A DNA stretch of 49,519 nucleotides from Octopus bimaculoides (GCF_001194135.2 NC_068983.1:97666974-97716492); one strand, 5' to 3'; positions 23,291 to 34,523 are shown, counted from the stretch's first letter. The notes: generated by a model from the letters alone, not told the origin. Numbers and translations are program-made.

Positions 23291-23833
23291 GAGATACGGA
23301 GAAGGCTCGCGATAGCGAGGCAAGCGGTACAAGATGTGGAGAACATCTGGAAGAGTCGTGGCGTGTCAATGCTGCTGAAGATAAGGCTACTTCGGGCTGC
23401 CGCATTCTCTATTGCGACATACGGCTGCGAGTCGTGGACGATGTTGAAGGCAGACGAGAAAAAAGTGAACACTTTTGAAATGTGGTGTTACCGCAGAATC
23501 CTTAGTGTGTCGTGGACGGAGAGAAGGACGAACAACTGGGTACTAGAAAAGTTCGGTTGCGAGATGACGCTTCGGCGAAACATCATGAAGTGGAAACTAC
23601 AGTTCTTTGGCCACGTCATGTGCCGGGATAGACTTGAGCGAACGATCATAACAGGCAAAGTAAACGGCAGACGTAAAAGAGGCAGACCACCTACTTCTTG
23701 GCTGAAAGACATTGCAGCCACAGGATTGTCTTTATTCTCAGCTGTCCATAGGGCAGAGGACAGAAGAAGGTGGCAAGACTTCGTGATGACCACAGCATCG
23801 CATAGTGCGACACCTGACTAGAAGAAGAAGAAG
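23291..23833 (+). mobile_element. 5'-truncated RTE (BovB-like) LINE with intact reading frame and (AAG)n tail
   Basis: Open frame EIRRRLAIAR..YGCESWT..FEMWCYRRIL..QFFGHVM..GKVNGRRKRGRP..SATPD* from 23291 to 23821, then AAGAAGAAGAAG. Confidence 0.92.
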
Positions 23834-23846
23834 ATTAGTATATGGT

Positions 23847-23876
23847 GAAGGCAGCGAGCTGGCAGACACACGCTGG
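23847..23876 (+). mobile_element. Short SINE head remnant
   Basis: gaaggcagcgagctggcaga matches the family S 5' end. Confidence 0.55.
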
Positions 23877-24534
23877 TTCCCTCTCTCATTTTTCCATTTC
23901 TTATTTCTTTTTCTTTTACTTTTTCACCAACCTTTATTTTCAATTCTACTTATTGTGGCTACATGCCGTATACTTACTCAAACCAATGGTGTATGTATAT
24001 TTAAGTAATTCACGTGTGCCCTATTTTTTTCGTACTAATTTTTTCACACTGCTTCTGCTACCAGAGTGATGAGGCGAGCTTCTCCACATAGTTTGATTTC
24101 TTGATTTCTCTGAATCAGCAGCTATATACCGCGAAAACTCTCGAGTATCTGGTTAGTGAACCGGCTAAAATAAATAATTGCATTATTGCACTTTACCTCT
24201 GTATTGAGTACTTTTTCTCTCAGTCGTTCCTGAACGATGGACACGCACATATATAAATTCTCCTTAAAATGACGCGCATCGAGAAATAACCGAGACTTGG
24301 TCTGACCTAGCCCTAGGTTTTCTGTTTTTATCACCGTTTAGCTATTTCGTGTTTGTTTTAATCCGAAGCAAAAACACTTTTTTGAAAGTGCTTGATAGAA
24401 ATTAACTAGGGATGCTAAAGATTAAGTCATATAACTTTGGTCCGACATTGTTGAGGTTGGGGAGAATATAAGATTCTATAGTGGACACACTAGGATATTA
24501 GAATTGTGAAGACTGTAGTTACCACGAGTTTGAA

Positions 24535-24590
24535 TGACGTCAATAGAATAGCCGAAGATGAATCAGCATTGGCTATTCAGCGATGACGTG
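24535..24590. promoter_or_regulatory. Candidate cis-element cluster (CRE palindrome, CCAAT, half-CRE)
   Basis: TGACGTCA at 24535-24542, ATTGG at 24568-24572, TGACGT at 24584-24589. Motif match only. Confidence 0.25.
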
Positions 24591-24884
24591 TTTATGTGTC
24601 TACTGTGCGCTTGTGGTGTGTGTATGGATATATATGGTAAGATTTACAGCAAGGTCGGAAGAGATGATGTAAAAAAAGAATAACAAAATAAAATAAAATA
24701 AAAAGGAATAAGCTAAATGAAGTATAAAGAAAGCATTAAACACAAATAAATAGATAAATAAACTGATGAATAAAAGTGTGGGTGGAAGCGAAGGGTAGAC
24801 AAATGAATAATGAGAAAATGAACGCCAACGAAATGCGCACCAGAAAAGATGAACGGGTAAGGAAACGCTTATGCCTCATTTAAA

Positions 24885-24970
24885 ATCCTATCTTCTCGAT
24901 ATCCGGCTATTTATTACTTTCTGCCATGGAAGCGGGGAAATTCCCGTGGCAGTATCTCATCAGAGAGTGA
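24885..24970 (-). ncRNA. Degenerate type I hammerhead-ribozyme-like motif (Penelope-type relic)
   Basis: CTGATGA-GATA-[CTGCCA..TGGCAG hairpin]..TATC-GAGA; GAAA is mutated and stems I/III are weak. Confidence 0.35.
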
Positions 24971-25099
24971 CAAACGGAAGAAATTAGTTAGTTAGACAGA
25001 GAGGCAGAATCAAGCAGCGACACAAGAATAACAGATATCTTTTCAAGTTAGAAAAAGGGGGTTTTGTTTTTATTGCTATTTTTTTTTTGTGGTTCCTTC

Positions 25100-25365
25100 T
25101 GTTGTTGCTAATGTTGTTGTTGTTGTTGTTGTTATTGTTGTTAATGGTATTGTCGTTTATGCTGTTAACGTACTGTCGATAGTTATTAGTGTTGTTGTTG
25201 TTGATGATGATGACGACGACGACGTCGACGGCGATGACGGCGATGATGATGATGATGATGATAAAATGATGACGACGACGATAACGATGATGATAAAGAT
25301 TAAGATGAGGAGGAGGAAGAAGGAGGGGGAAGAGGAGGAGGAGGAGGAAGGGGGAAGGAGGAGGA
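25100..25365. repeat. Compound trinucleotide repeat (GTT/GAT/GAG)n running into a gap
   Basis: Direct reading. Confidence 0.9.
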
Positions 25366-26449
25366 NNNNNNNNNNNNNNNNNNNNNNNNNNNNNNNNNNN
25401 NNNNNNNNNNNNNNNNNNNNNNNNNNNNNNNNNNNNNNNNNNNNNNNNNNNNNNNNNNNNNNNNNNNNNNNNNNNNNNNNNNNNNNNNNNNNNNNNNNNN
25501 NNNNNNNNNNNNNNNNNNNNNNNNNNNNNNNNNNNNNNNNNNNNNNNNNNNNNNNNNNNNNNNNNNNNNNNNNNNNNNNNNNNNNNNNNNNNNNNNNNNN
25601 NNNNNNNNNNNNNNNNNNNNNNNNNNNNNNNNNNNNNNNNNNNNNNNNNNNNNNNNNNNNNNNNNNNNNNNNNNNNNNNNNNNNNNNNNNNNNNNNNNNN
25701 NNNNNNNNNNNNNNNNNNNNNNNNNNNNNNNNNNNNNNNNNNNNNNNNNNNNNNNNNNNNNNNNNNNNNNNNNNNNNNNNNNNNNNNNNNNNNNNNNNNN
25801 NNNNNNNNNNNNNNNNNNNNNNNNNNNNNNNNNNNNNNNNNNNNNNNNNNNNNNNNNNNNNNNNNNNNNNNNNNNNNNNNNNNNNNNNNNNNNNNNNNNN
25901 NNNNNNNNNNNNNNNNNNNNNNNNNNNNNNNNNNNNNNNNNNNNNNNNNNNNNNNNNNNNNNNNNNNNNNNNNNNNNNNNNNNNNNNNNNNNNNNNNNNN
26001 NNNNNNNNNNNNNNNNNNNNNNNNNNNNNNNNNNNNNNNNNNNNNNNNNNNNNNNNNAAAAAAAAAAAAAACAAAGTAAAAATTCTCTTTGGTGAAGCAT
26101 AAACAAATTTGAAAACAACTGTGATCAACACCAGCCACCACCACCACCACCACCACCACCGCTGCCACCACAAAGTTACTATGATCTGTCTCTGTGAGCA
26201 GACTTCACTATGATCTGTCTTAATTTCCTTTTTACACCTCGTTGTAATAATCAACTCATTTTGTGTCCCCCTCCCCATCATCACCTCTGCCAGTACCACT
26301 ATGGCCACTGTGGCTAATATTAAAACAAATATTTAGCCTTTTTATTGTCGCTGTCTTTGCATGTGTGTGTATTTGTTTGTGTCAATGAATTTAACTTACG
26401 TTTCTTTTTATTTTGTAACAGCAGTAACAGCGGTAGTAACATCACTTTC

Positions 26450-26707
26450 ATCATCATCATCATCATCGTCATCATCGTCATAATCACCACCTCCATCATC
26501 ATCATCATCGTCGTCATCGTCATCATCATCATCATCGTCATCGTCATCATCGTCATCACTGTTGTTATATTCATCACCGTCGTCTTAATGATCACTGTCA
26601 TAGCCACTAGTCTAACCACCGTACCATCCTAGTCCTACTCATCATTATCACTAACATCCTCATCACCACCCTTATCGTCGTCGTCGTCATCGTCGTCGTT
26701 GTCATCG

Positions 26708-26745
<38 letters not shown>

Positions 26746-26746
26746 G
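26450..26746. repeat. (CAT/CGT)n trinucleotide repeat
   Basis: Direct reading. Confidence 0.9.
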
Positions 26747-26799
26747 TAAGCTACCCTCATCGTCTACTACTTTACGATGGTGTTTTTATTACTACTGTA

Positions 26800-27010
26800 G
26801 TTATGTGTATGCCACATGTCTTCTATTTTTGACCAAAGAGGGTACCATGTTTCTGCAACAGCTGGTGAGGGGCACCTTGGTCCATTTCGGCTTTGTATTA
26901 ATGTGCCAGCTTTCTTACTCCACGCTGTCCACAGAGCGTACACTTGTTCATATCCAGTAAAATCTAATTTGTTGTATACAATCTTATACATTGTCTGTGA
27001 GACGAGCAGG
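26800..27010 (-). mobile_element. Highly decayed CR1-like 3' fragment
   Basis: Minus YKIVYNKLDF..W(S)K..AH..KAE.DQ weakly resembles the CR1 C-terminus. Confidence 0.35.
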
Positions 27011-27053
27011 AAATCGCGTTACATTCCAACACGTGCGTAAACCTCAACTATGT

Positions 27054-27456
27054 ATCTTTTATTTGTTTCAGTCATTAGACTGCGGCCATGCTGTAGCACC
27101 GCCGTGGAGAATTTTTTTTCGAATGAATCAATCGACCACACGACTTGTTTTTTTTTTGTCTTTTTTAAGCCTGGTACATGTTTAACCGGTCCCTTTTTTG
27201 CCGAACCGGGGACGTAAACACACCAACACCGTTTATCAAGTGGTGGTGCGGGACAAACACAGCTACATACACGCACGCACACACACAGGCACACACAATG
27301 GTCTTATTTCCGTTTCCGTCTACCAAATCCACGCACAAGGTTTTGGTCGGCCCGAGGCTATAGTAGAAGGTACTTGCCCAACGAGCCAAGTGGGACTGAA
27401 CCCGGAACCATGTGGTAGGAAAGCAAGCTTCTTACCACTCAACCACGCCTCTACCT
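27054..27456 (-). mobile_element. Long SINE (family L), full length, short internal repeat
   Basis: rc head aggcgtggttgagtggtaagaagcttgc..ggttccgggttcagtccc; all family L segments present. Confidence 0.9.
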
Positions 27457-27639
27457 ATGTATGTACACGTGCGTGTCTGTGTATGTATAATTACGAATGT
27501 TATGAAGGCTGGTTTGCTTCCCCACCTCTTTTATAAACTTTTCCAATTAGAGATAAAATTTGGTGATTTTCAGGGCCTAGAGCACAGTTTCTCATGATTG
27601 AGCTTGTTGATATCTTCATGCCGCATGTCCAAATTTAGC

Positions 27640-27770
27640 TGAAGTCGACGTTGTCTTTCATCCTTTCGGGGCTGAGAAAATAAGTAACGGTTGAGTACAG
27701 GGATCGATGCAATCGACTTACCTCCACCCCTGAAATTGCTGGCCTTGTGCAAAAATTTGAAACCAATATT
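27640..27770 (+). mobile_element. Short SINE (family S, tail b), 3' half
   Basis: gtcgacgttgtctttcatcctttcgggg..gctggccttgtgcaaaaatttgaaaccaatatt. Confidence 0.8.
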
Positions 27771-28131
27771 TTCATGAGGCGTGAGTTACTTTAGAATGTG
27801 GCTGTTAAGTAAGTGACATGGGGATAATACTTGCAATAAATTTTTAATTAAAACGCCTTTTGAATATACAATTTGTCTAATCATGATTAGGCATACGTTA
27901 ATGTTTTGTTGTTGCTTCTGTTGTTGTTTTAGTCAATAGTTGGGTTTGGAGAGAAATCAAAGTGAGATGTGGAGGGAAAATGTTGAAAAACACCGGATTA
28001 CACATAATGATATGCCGGGAGGATAGGAAACGGAAGTATCGTATGATCTCAGAGTTGCAATACACAGCATGCTTGGTTCAGAAAAGCAGAAGCAGTTGTA
28101 AAAGCAGAAAGGCGTCAAAGATTTATGAGCT

Positions 28132-28216
<85 letters not shown>

Positions 28217-28339
28217 TGGAAAGAGAGAAGGAGAGAGAGGGAGAGAGGGAGCAAGTGCAGAGAGAGCTGGGGTATGTAGCATTTCGTTGCTAGATGAAGT
28301 ACCATTGACTCGTTAGCCATGCTAATTTGACGCTGACCG

Positions 28340-28502
28340 TGCACTCTGTCAGTCTCAATATTCATTTTTGCCAGCTGAATGGATATATGTAACGTGAAGT
28401 AAAGTACGTTGCGAAAGAACGCAACACACCTCTCGGACCAAGAATCGAATCTATGAGCTTACGATGGAGAGCCAAGTTAACTGACTGGTAGGACACGCGC
28501 CT
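28340..28502 (-). mobile_element. tRNA-derived CORE-type SINE (third family)
   Basis: rc ggcgcgtgtcctaccagtcagttaa..gattcgattc (B-box-like)..gtgttgcgttctttcgcaacgtactttacttcac..cattcagctggcaaaaatgaata. Confidence 0.55.
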
Positions 28503-28723
28503 AGGAAGATCTCAGTTATGTAATATAGTGATTACATGATTAAAAAGAACTACACCCGTCATTTGCAAGTGGATGACAGCACTATGCACTGCGTGAACTT
28601 TCGTTAATTGTATTAGATACTCGTGTAGTAGCAAGTTGACGCAAACAACCTTTGGGACCTCCCGCCCTTGATCCAACGAAGTGCTCAGGTTGTGACTACA
28701 AGATAGAGAGAGAGAGAGAGAGA

Positions 28724-28810
28724 ATACTGTGCCAGCATTGAACAGGTACTTTATTTGCTGACCCAAAACGATGAAAGACAACTTTGACTTCCGTGGAATT
28801 TGAACAGAGA
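28724..28810 (-). mobile_element. Short SINE (family S) core fragment
   Basis: rc gttcaaattccacggaagtcaaagttgtctttcatcgtttt..aaataaagtacc. Confidence 0.6.
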
Positions 28811-29267
28811 CAGCCTTGACAAATGTCGTAACACATTTTATCCGATACTGCCAACCGTCCAATTATATGATGTTTAGTCCCAGGTCAGCCCTTGCCAGAC
28901 ACATGGATGGATCAAAACCATTCATGTCACGACAGTTCTTTGCTATTCAGATAAAAGCTTTCTCAGATTATATTTTTCCATTTGTCCTTCACGTTTTTAA
29001 TAACAGTATAGTGTGAATTGAGAGGGGAGTTAGTCACTATGTAGAGCAGAGTGAGTGAGTGACTGTGTAAAATCTTCCTCATTGGGTCCCATTATTTAAT
29101 GGTTTGAATACGTTAAAGAGTGAACTCAGTTATTACAAGGAAGGTAATAATTTTTCTATAATACATTGTGGGATTAGACATTTTTTATTTGAAATTAAGA
29201 TATTGTAAGGAAAAAGATGAGATGCATAGAAATCACTTAGTTTGTTTTTTATTATTTAATTACATTA

Positions 29268-29481
29268 AGGCGACGAGCTGGCTGAGTCGTTAGCACGCTG
29301 GACGAAATGCTTAGTGGTATTTCGCCCGTCGCTACGTTCTGAGTTCAAATTCCGCCGAGGTCGACTTTGCCTTTCATCCTTTCGGAGTCGATAAATTAAG
29401 TACCAGTTGAACACTGGGGTCGATGTAATCGAGTAGTCCCCTCCCCCAAAATGTCAGTCCTTGTGCCTATAATAGAAAGGA
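29268..29481 (+). mobile_element. Short SINE (family S, tail a) with perfect 12-bp TSD
   Basis: TTAATTACATTA at 29256-29267 and 29482-29493; complete head, core and tail. Confidence 0.95.
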
Positions 29482-30645
29482 TTAATTACATTACGCTGTC
29501 ATTAAAGAATTAAAGGTCTGTAGATCTGAGGTGAGTCGATTACAGTGTATGTTTATTGCAGAGCTTGGGAATTGTATGAATGATGATTTTTCGGAAAAGC
29601 TTGCATGGTGACTAGTAATGTGCTAGCTATTTCTCAGGCAGAGAGGTCGTCGTATTACAAGCATGAGAGACTTGAACATGAAACCACTTGAGTTGGCTAA
29701 TGTTGTAGCCTGTTGATAAATGAGTGTTTTCTAAATAAATTAAATGGCGTAGTCGAGGATGCGGTCATATTTTTAAGATGGAAGAAAAGGAAAAGCGATA
29801 TAAAATGGTTATGTATGAGATTAGAAACCATACCACTAAATTTATTAGTCAACCATTTATGTCTTAGTCTGCAGCATCTACTGTTTATGATTATTAATTT
29901 GTGAGCATAATCAAAGCTAAACAGAAAATTGAGATGAGGAAAAAAAAATGAATGACTTGCAAAACGGCAATAAATTGTGGAATTATTAATGAAAACGTAG
30001 TTGTGTGGAGATGAATTTAGTGAGTAAATTTAATCTATTGAGTTAACCTCTCAACTTGGCGTAAAAAAGACAGTTTTCAATTAAGTTACAAATTGAATTG
30101 ATTTTAAACAGAGAAGATACAAATTGCAAAAGTTGGCACAATTTATGATGTAGCTTAAAAAAAAATTCATTGTTCATAAACTATAATTAAAATTTTGGGT
30201 CAAAATGTTACATTATTAATAAAACATAAGATTTATTTTATAAGGTAACGTTATATATTCTAATCTGGTGTTTCCATATGTTCCATCATGCATTTTCTAA
30301 CCAGACTCAGATATTTAATAGATTCTCATGTCAGTGCTTAGTCTTTTTCTTTCTCTCTTTTCTTTCAAAATGCATATGTGTGTGTGTATAAGTATGTGTG
30401 TATGAATATGTGTATGTGTATGTAAGTGAATACATTTTGGGTCATTCAGTTTCTTAATATCTAACTGTAAATCAAATGTCAGTTGACGGCCCCAGAATCA
30501 CAAATAATGCATCTATTTTGTATGTTTAAGTGCAGAGAAATTTTTTTTCCTTCTGCTTTCTTTTCGCTGTCGTTTGAATATTTAAGCTATTCTGGGAAAT
30601 TTCAGTTATACTTGTCAGCTATTTGTTCCATTATACCTTTAATAT

Positions 30646-30861
30646 AAGGCTGTGAGCTGGCAGAACCGTTGGCACACCCGACGAAATACTCAACGGTATT
30701 AAGTCTGTCATTACGTTCTGAGTTCAAATTCCGCCGAGGTCGACTTTGCCTTTCATCCTTTCGGGGTTGATAAATTAAGTACCGGTTGCGTACTGGGGTC
30801 GATCTAATCGACTCCCCCCCCCCAAAAAAAAAATATCTGGGCCTTGTGCCTAGAGTAGAAA
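30646..30861 (+). mobile_element. Short SINE (tail a) inserted in the head of an older copy
   Basis: AGAACCGTTGGCAC duplicated at 30662-30675 and 30862-30875. Confidence 0.85.
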
Positions 30862-31040
30862 AGAACCGTTGGCACGCCGGAAAAATATTTAACGGTATTT
30901 CGTTCGGTGTTCAAATTCCTCGATTTTGCCTTTCATAATTTAAGAGTCGATAAAATAAATACTAGGTGAGCAGTGGGGTCAACGTAATCGATTTCCCCTC
31001 CCCTCAAAACCTGCTGGCCCTGTGTCAAAGTTTGAAGCCA
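30862..31040 (+). mobile_element. Older short SINE (tail b), body
   Basis: Diverged core; tail gctggccctgtgtcaaagtttgaagcca. Confidence 0.8.
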
Positions 31041-31225
31041 TTGTACCATTATACTTCAATATATAGCAGTAATAACATTGGTATTCAAAATACATTTAAT
31101 ACACACACACGTATATAAATGCACACACACATACATATATAAATACACACTCACAAACACAAACACATATAGTTACGGTATATTATGGTATAAATGTCCA
31201 ATCGTACCCCCTCTTTGTTGACTCC

Positions 31226-31600
31226 GACTGCCACATTCTGTTGGCGAATAAGCTTTGCTGTTCGGTACAGTTACTGCATATCTCTTGCTCAGAGATTTAA
31301 AACTAGTTGTTTTTTTTTTCTCTTTACGAGATCAGCGTCTGTGTGTCGCTTTAAAAAGTATACAGTATGAGCAAGTCGAATAAGCCCTCATCACTTGCCT
31401 GTGATTACCTCACACCGAAGACGGGAAACAACTCAGAAACCTAGGTCTGTGAGTATCACGAAGGCTAGCAATGGGAGCTCATACTACACGGACACAAACT
31501 GTGTGTCGGTACCCAGCTGGAAAACATGTTTTCCTGGGGTTAAATAGTAGTAAGATCGTCTTGTGTAGGACTGCCACATTCTGTTGGCAAATAAACTATA
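31226..31600 (-). repeat. Structured element related to 1686-1975, with a 343-bp-spaced direct repeat
   Basis: GACTGCCACATTCTGTTGGC at 31226-31245 and 31569-31588; colinear motifs shared with 1711-1823. Confidence 0.5.
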
Positions 31601-31602
31601 TG

Positions 31603-31655
<53 letters not shown>

Positions 31656-31877
31656 ATATTCATACATATAGCAAAATGTATACCAAAATATATATTAGAT
31701 ATTCATATATGTATTTGNNNNNNNNNNNNNNNNNNNNNNNNNNNNNNNNNNNNNNNNNNNNNNNNNNNNNNNNNNNNNNNNNNNNNNNNNNNNNNNNNNN
31801 NNNNNNNNNNNNNNNNNNNNNNNNNNNNNNNNNNNNNNNNNNNNNNNNNNNNNNNNNNNNNNNNNNNNNNNNNNNNN

Positions 31878-31928
<51 letters not shown>

Positions 31929-32209
31929 ATTATATGAAAGTTCGAAATTAGGTCCAGTTCTTCTTTTCCTGAGATGCAACACGAGAAGTGTATGAAAAGT
32001 TTTGAGCCTTGAAGTCTTGTACCTTCATCAGAAGTCTTGTACCATGTTTATTTAATTTTTTTTTTAGGCTTTTCATACACCCTGAGATTTTTTCAACTGT
32101 AAGTATGGAAAACAATTAAATTTTGAAAAAATTAGAAGAAAAGTTTTTTAAAAGAATATTTGCATAGTATTCAAATACAAGGGGCATTTTCCTTATTTCT
32201 GCCTGTCTC

Positions 32210-32287
32210 TCTTGTTTACTCTTGTGGGTTCGAGGTCGTTGTGTGAGTGGCGTTACAACGACCTCAAACCTACAAGAGTAAACAAGA
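32210..32287 (+). ncRNA. Candidate pre-miRNA-like hairpin (34-bp stem, 10-nt loop)
   Basis: 31 Watson-Crick pairs, 2 G-U, 1 mismatch; UGUG at the loop 5' edge. No expression evidence. Confidence 0.35.
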
Positions 32288-32904
32288 ATGATACAAGCAA
32301 TCAATTTTTTATCTATATTTCTTTCCCTACGTAGCAAAAATAAACTAAATCCTACAGTTAATTCTTAATTAATTCAAAGAAAACAGCAAATAATTTTAAG
32401 ATAACAATGAATAATTCCCAAATTTCATTTATACACTTTAAAAGAGGACATTCTTCTTATCTTTGTTAGCAGAAAAGAGCCAACTATGGATAAATGTTTC
32501 GGTTCATTTAAGTTCGTCAGCATAACGCAGTCTACTCAAGCCGGCAGATCAGTGGATAGATTCTTAAATATGCAAAAAATAGTTACGTACAATTTTTGGC
32601 TAAGAATAATTTTCGTAATTCCGTCCATCTTCTTTACCCACAAGTTTTGGAATGTTCGTGGGAGTAGAGTTCTTAGGCACCGCCTTCATAGGGTCCTATA
32701 AGAAGCAACCGCCAATAGACTTTCCACCCGGATTCTCAAGCGTGACCAACTGAGACTGATTATTATCCTACCATCTCGTCCTTGGTCTAGCCCTGTTGGG
32801 TCGGCTTAAAGAATCCACGTTGCGATTCTTTCCCTGCGACATTCTAATCACATGCGTGTAGTAACGGAGTTATGACATGTGTATGCATGCGTATATATAC
32901 TTGT

Positions 32905-32973
<69 letters not shown>

Positions 32974-34058
32974 TTTATGTGTGCATATGTTTGCACGTTC
33001 ATATATTTCTTTATCTTCCTAACTCTTTATTCATCTCCCCGTCAGTTTATAAAGCAAATTGTAGACATATTTTACAGCCGGCAATTCAACTATATTAAGA
33101 CAAAAATACAGAAATTACACGCATAAATATTTTTCCTTTCAAATGTAATACGTCTCTGTGTATGTACGTGCATATCTGTGTGAATGAGTGATTGAGTCAG
33201 TCAGTCAGTCAGTGTGTGTGTGTGTGTGTGTGCGTGCATATGTGCGTGTGAGTGTGCGCGCGTGTGTGAATGTGTGTATGTACTTGTGTGTTTGTGCGCG
33301 CGTGCGAACGCATATATGAGACTATGAACAGTCAAATGGATACGGAAGAGAATCCCTACCCAACAGATTCATATCCTGTCAGTAGAAATGCAGTAGCCAA
33401 GGCGCTCAAGTGCACCCTCGTCGGCTACAGACGAAGAATACCGTATCTTGATCATTAAAGAAGGACTTTGTTCGAAACTTCGAAGAATCTTCTCCAAAGT
33501 GCATAGGAAACCTTACACTTAAACTGTAGAATGGTCCGCCGTGTCAGACTTTAAATGGATTTTGCAAAGTAGAGGTAACTCCAGCATGTCCATGACTCTT
33601 TTTTTTTAGTTGATTTTGTTTATCATTTAGCGAAACTAATTAATTAATACGCCCGTTTCCTTTCATAATGGTTAAGTATAATTTGAGGGAGATTAGCCTG
33701 CAGCTTTTTGTACATCACGCCGTTATGTATACCTCACTAGTAAGCATATATAGTTTGATGGTTGAGCTCTTCGCTTTTATAGCAGTTTATGTTCGCCCCA
33801 ATAGTTATTTATGATACAATACTTAGTAGTGATATCTACAACAGTTCTTTATTGTTACAATAGTCGCTATTGACCAAGTTGTCGGTTGCTATAACAACAT
33901 TGGTGGTGAATAGAGTTTCTGTATTACTGGTTGCGTTGGTGTTGGTAGTTATTGAACCCGTATGTGGTCCTAGTATTTGTTGGTCGTTATAAAATTTAGT
34001 AAGTGAGAATACATTAAAAAACAGAAACTATATTTGCTTTTATTTGTTAACTTTCATT

Positions 34059-34280
34059 AATATTGGTTTCAAATTTTGACACAAGGCCAGCAGTTTCAAG
34101 GGAGAGAGTTGGTCGTTTAAATCGACACCAGTATTCAACTGCTGCTTATTTTATCGACCCCCTGAAAGGATGAAAGGCAAAGTCAATCTTGGCAGATTTT
34201 GAACTCAGAACGTAAAGACGAACGAAATACTGCTAAGCATTTTGTCCGAAGTGCTAACGATTCTGCCAGCTTTCTGCCTT
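34059..34280 (-). mobile_element. Short SINE (family S, tail b)
   Basis: rc aaggcagaaagctggcagaatcgttagcac..tail ctggccttgtgtcaaaatttgaaaccaatatt. Confidence 0.9.
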
Positions 34281-34301
34281 CACCTTCAGTGAGTCAAAGC
34301 A

Positions 34302-34517
34302 AAGGCGGTAAGCTGACAGAATCATTAGCATGTGGGACAGAAATGCTATGCAGTCTTTCTTCCGACTCATTACGTTCAGAGTTCAAATTCTCCTGAGGTC
34401 GGCTTTGCCTTTCATCCTTTCGTAATCGATTAAAAAGTATCATTTGAGCACTGGCGTCGGTGTAATCGACCAGTTCCCTCCCACAAAATCTCAGGCCTTG
34501 TAATTATAGTTGAAAGA
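34302..34517 (+). mobile_element. Short SINE (family S, tail a)
   Basis: aaggcggtaagctgacagaatcattagc..ctcaggccttgt. Confidence 0.85.
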
Positions 34518-34523
34518 CAGAAA

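Noticed and set aside
31995-32045. CTGATGAAGG on minus with a GAAGTCTTGTACC direct repeat as a hammerhead
   Set aside because: No GAAA (CAAA instead) and no convincing stem II; at most an unrecognisable PLE remnant.
33420-33490. AAAGAAGGACTTTGTTCGAAAC as a hammerhead
   Set aside because: The CUGA core is absent and stems are incomplete.
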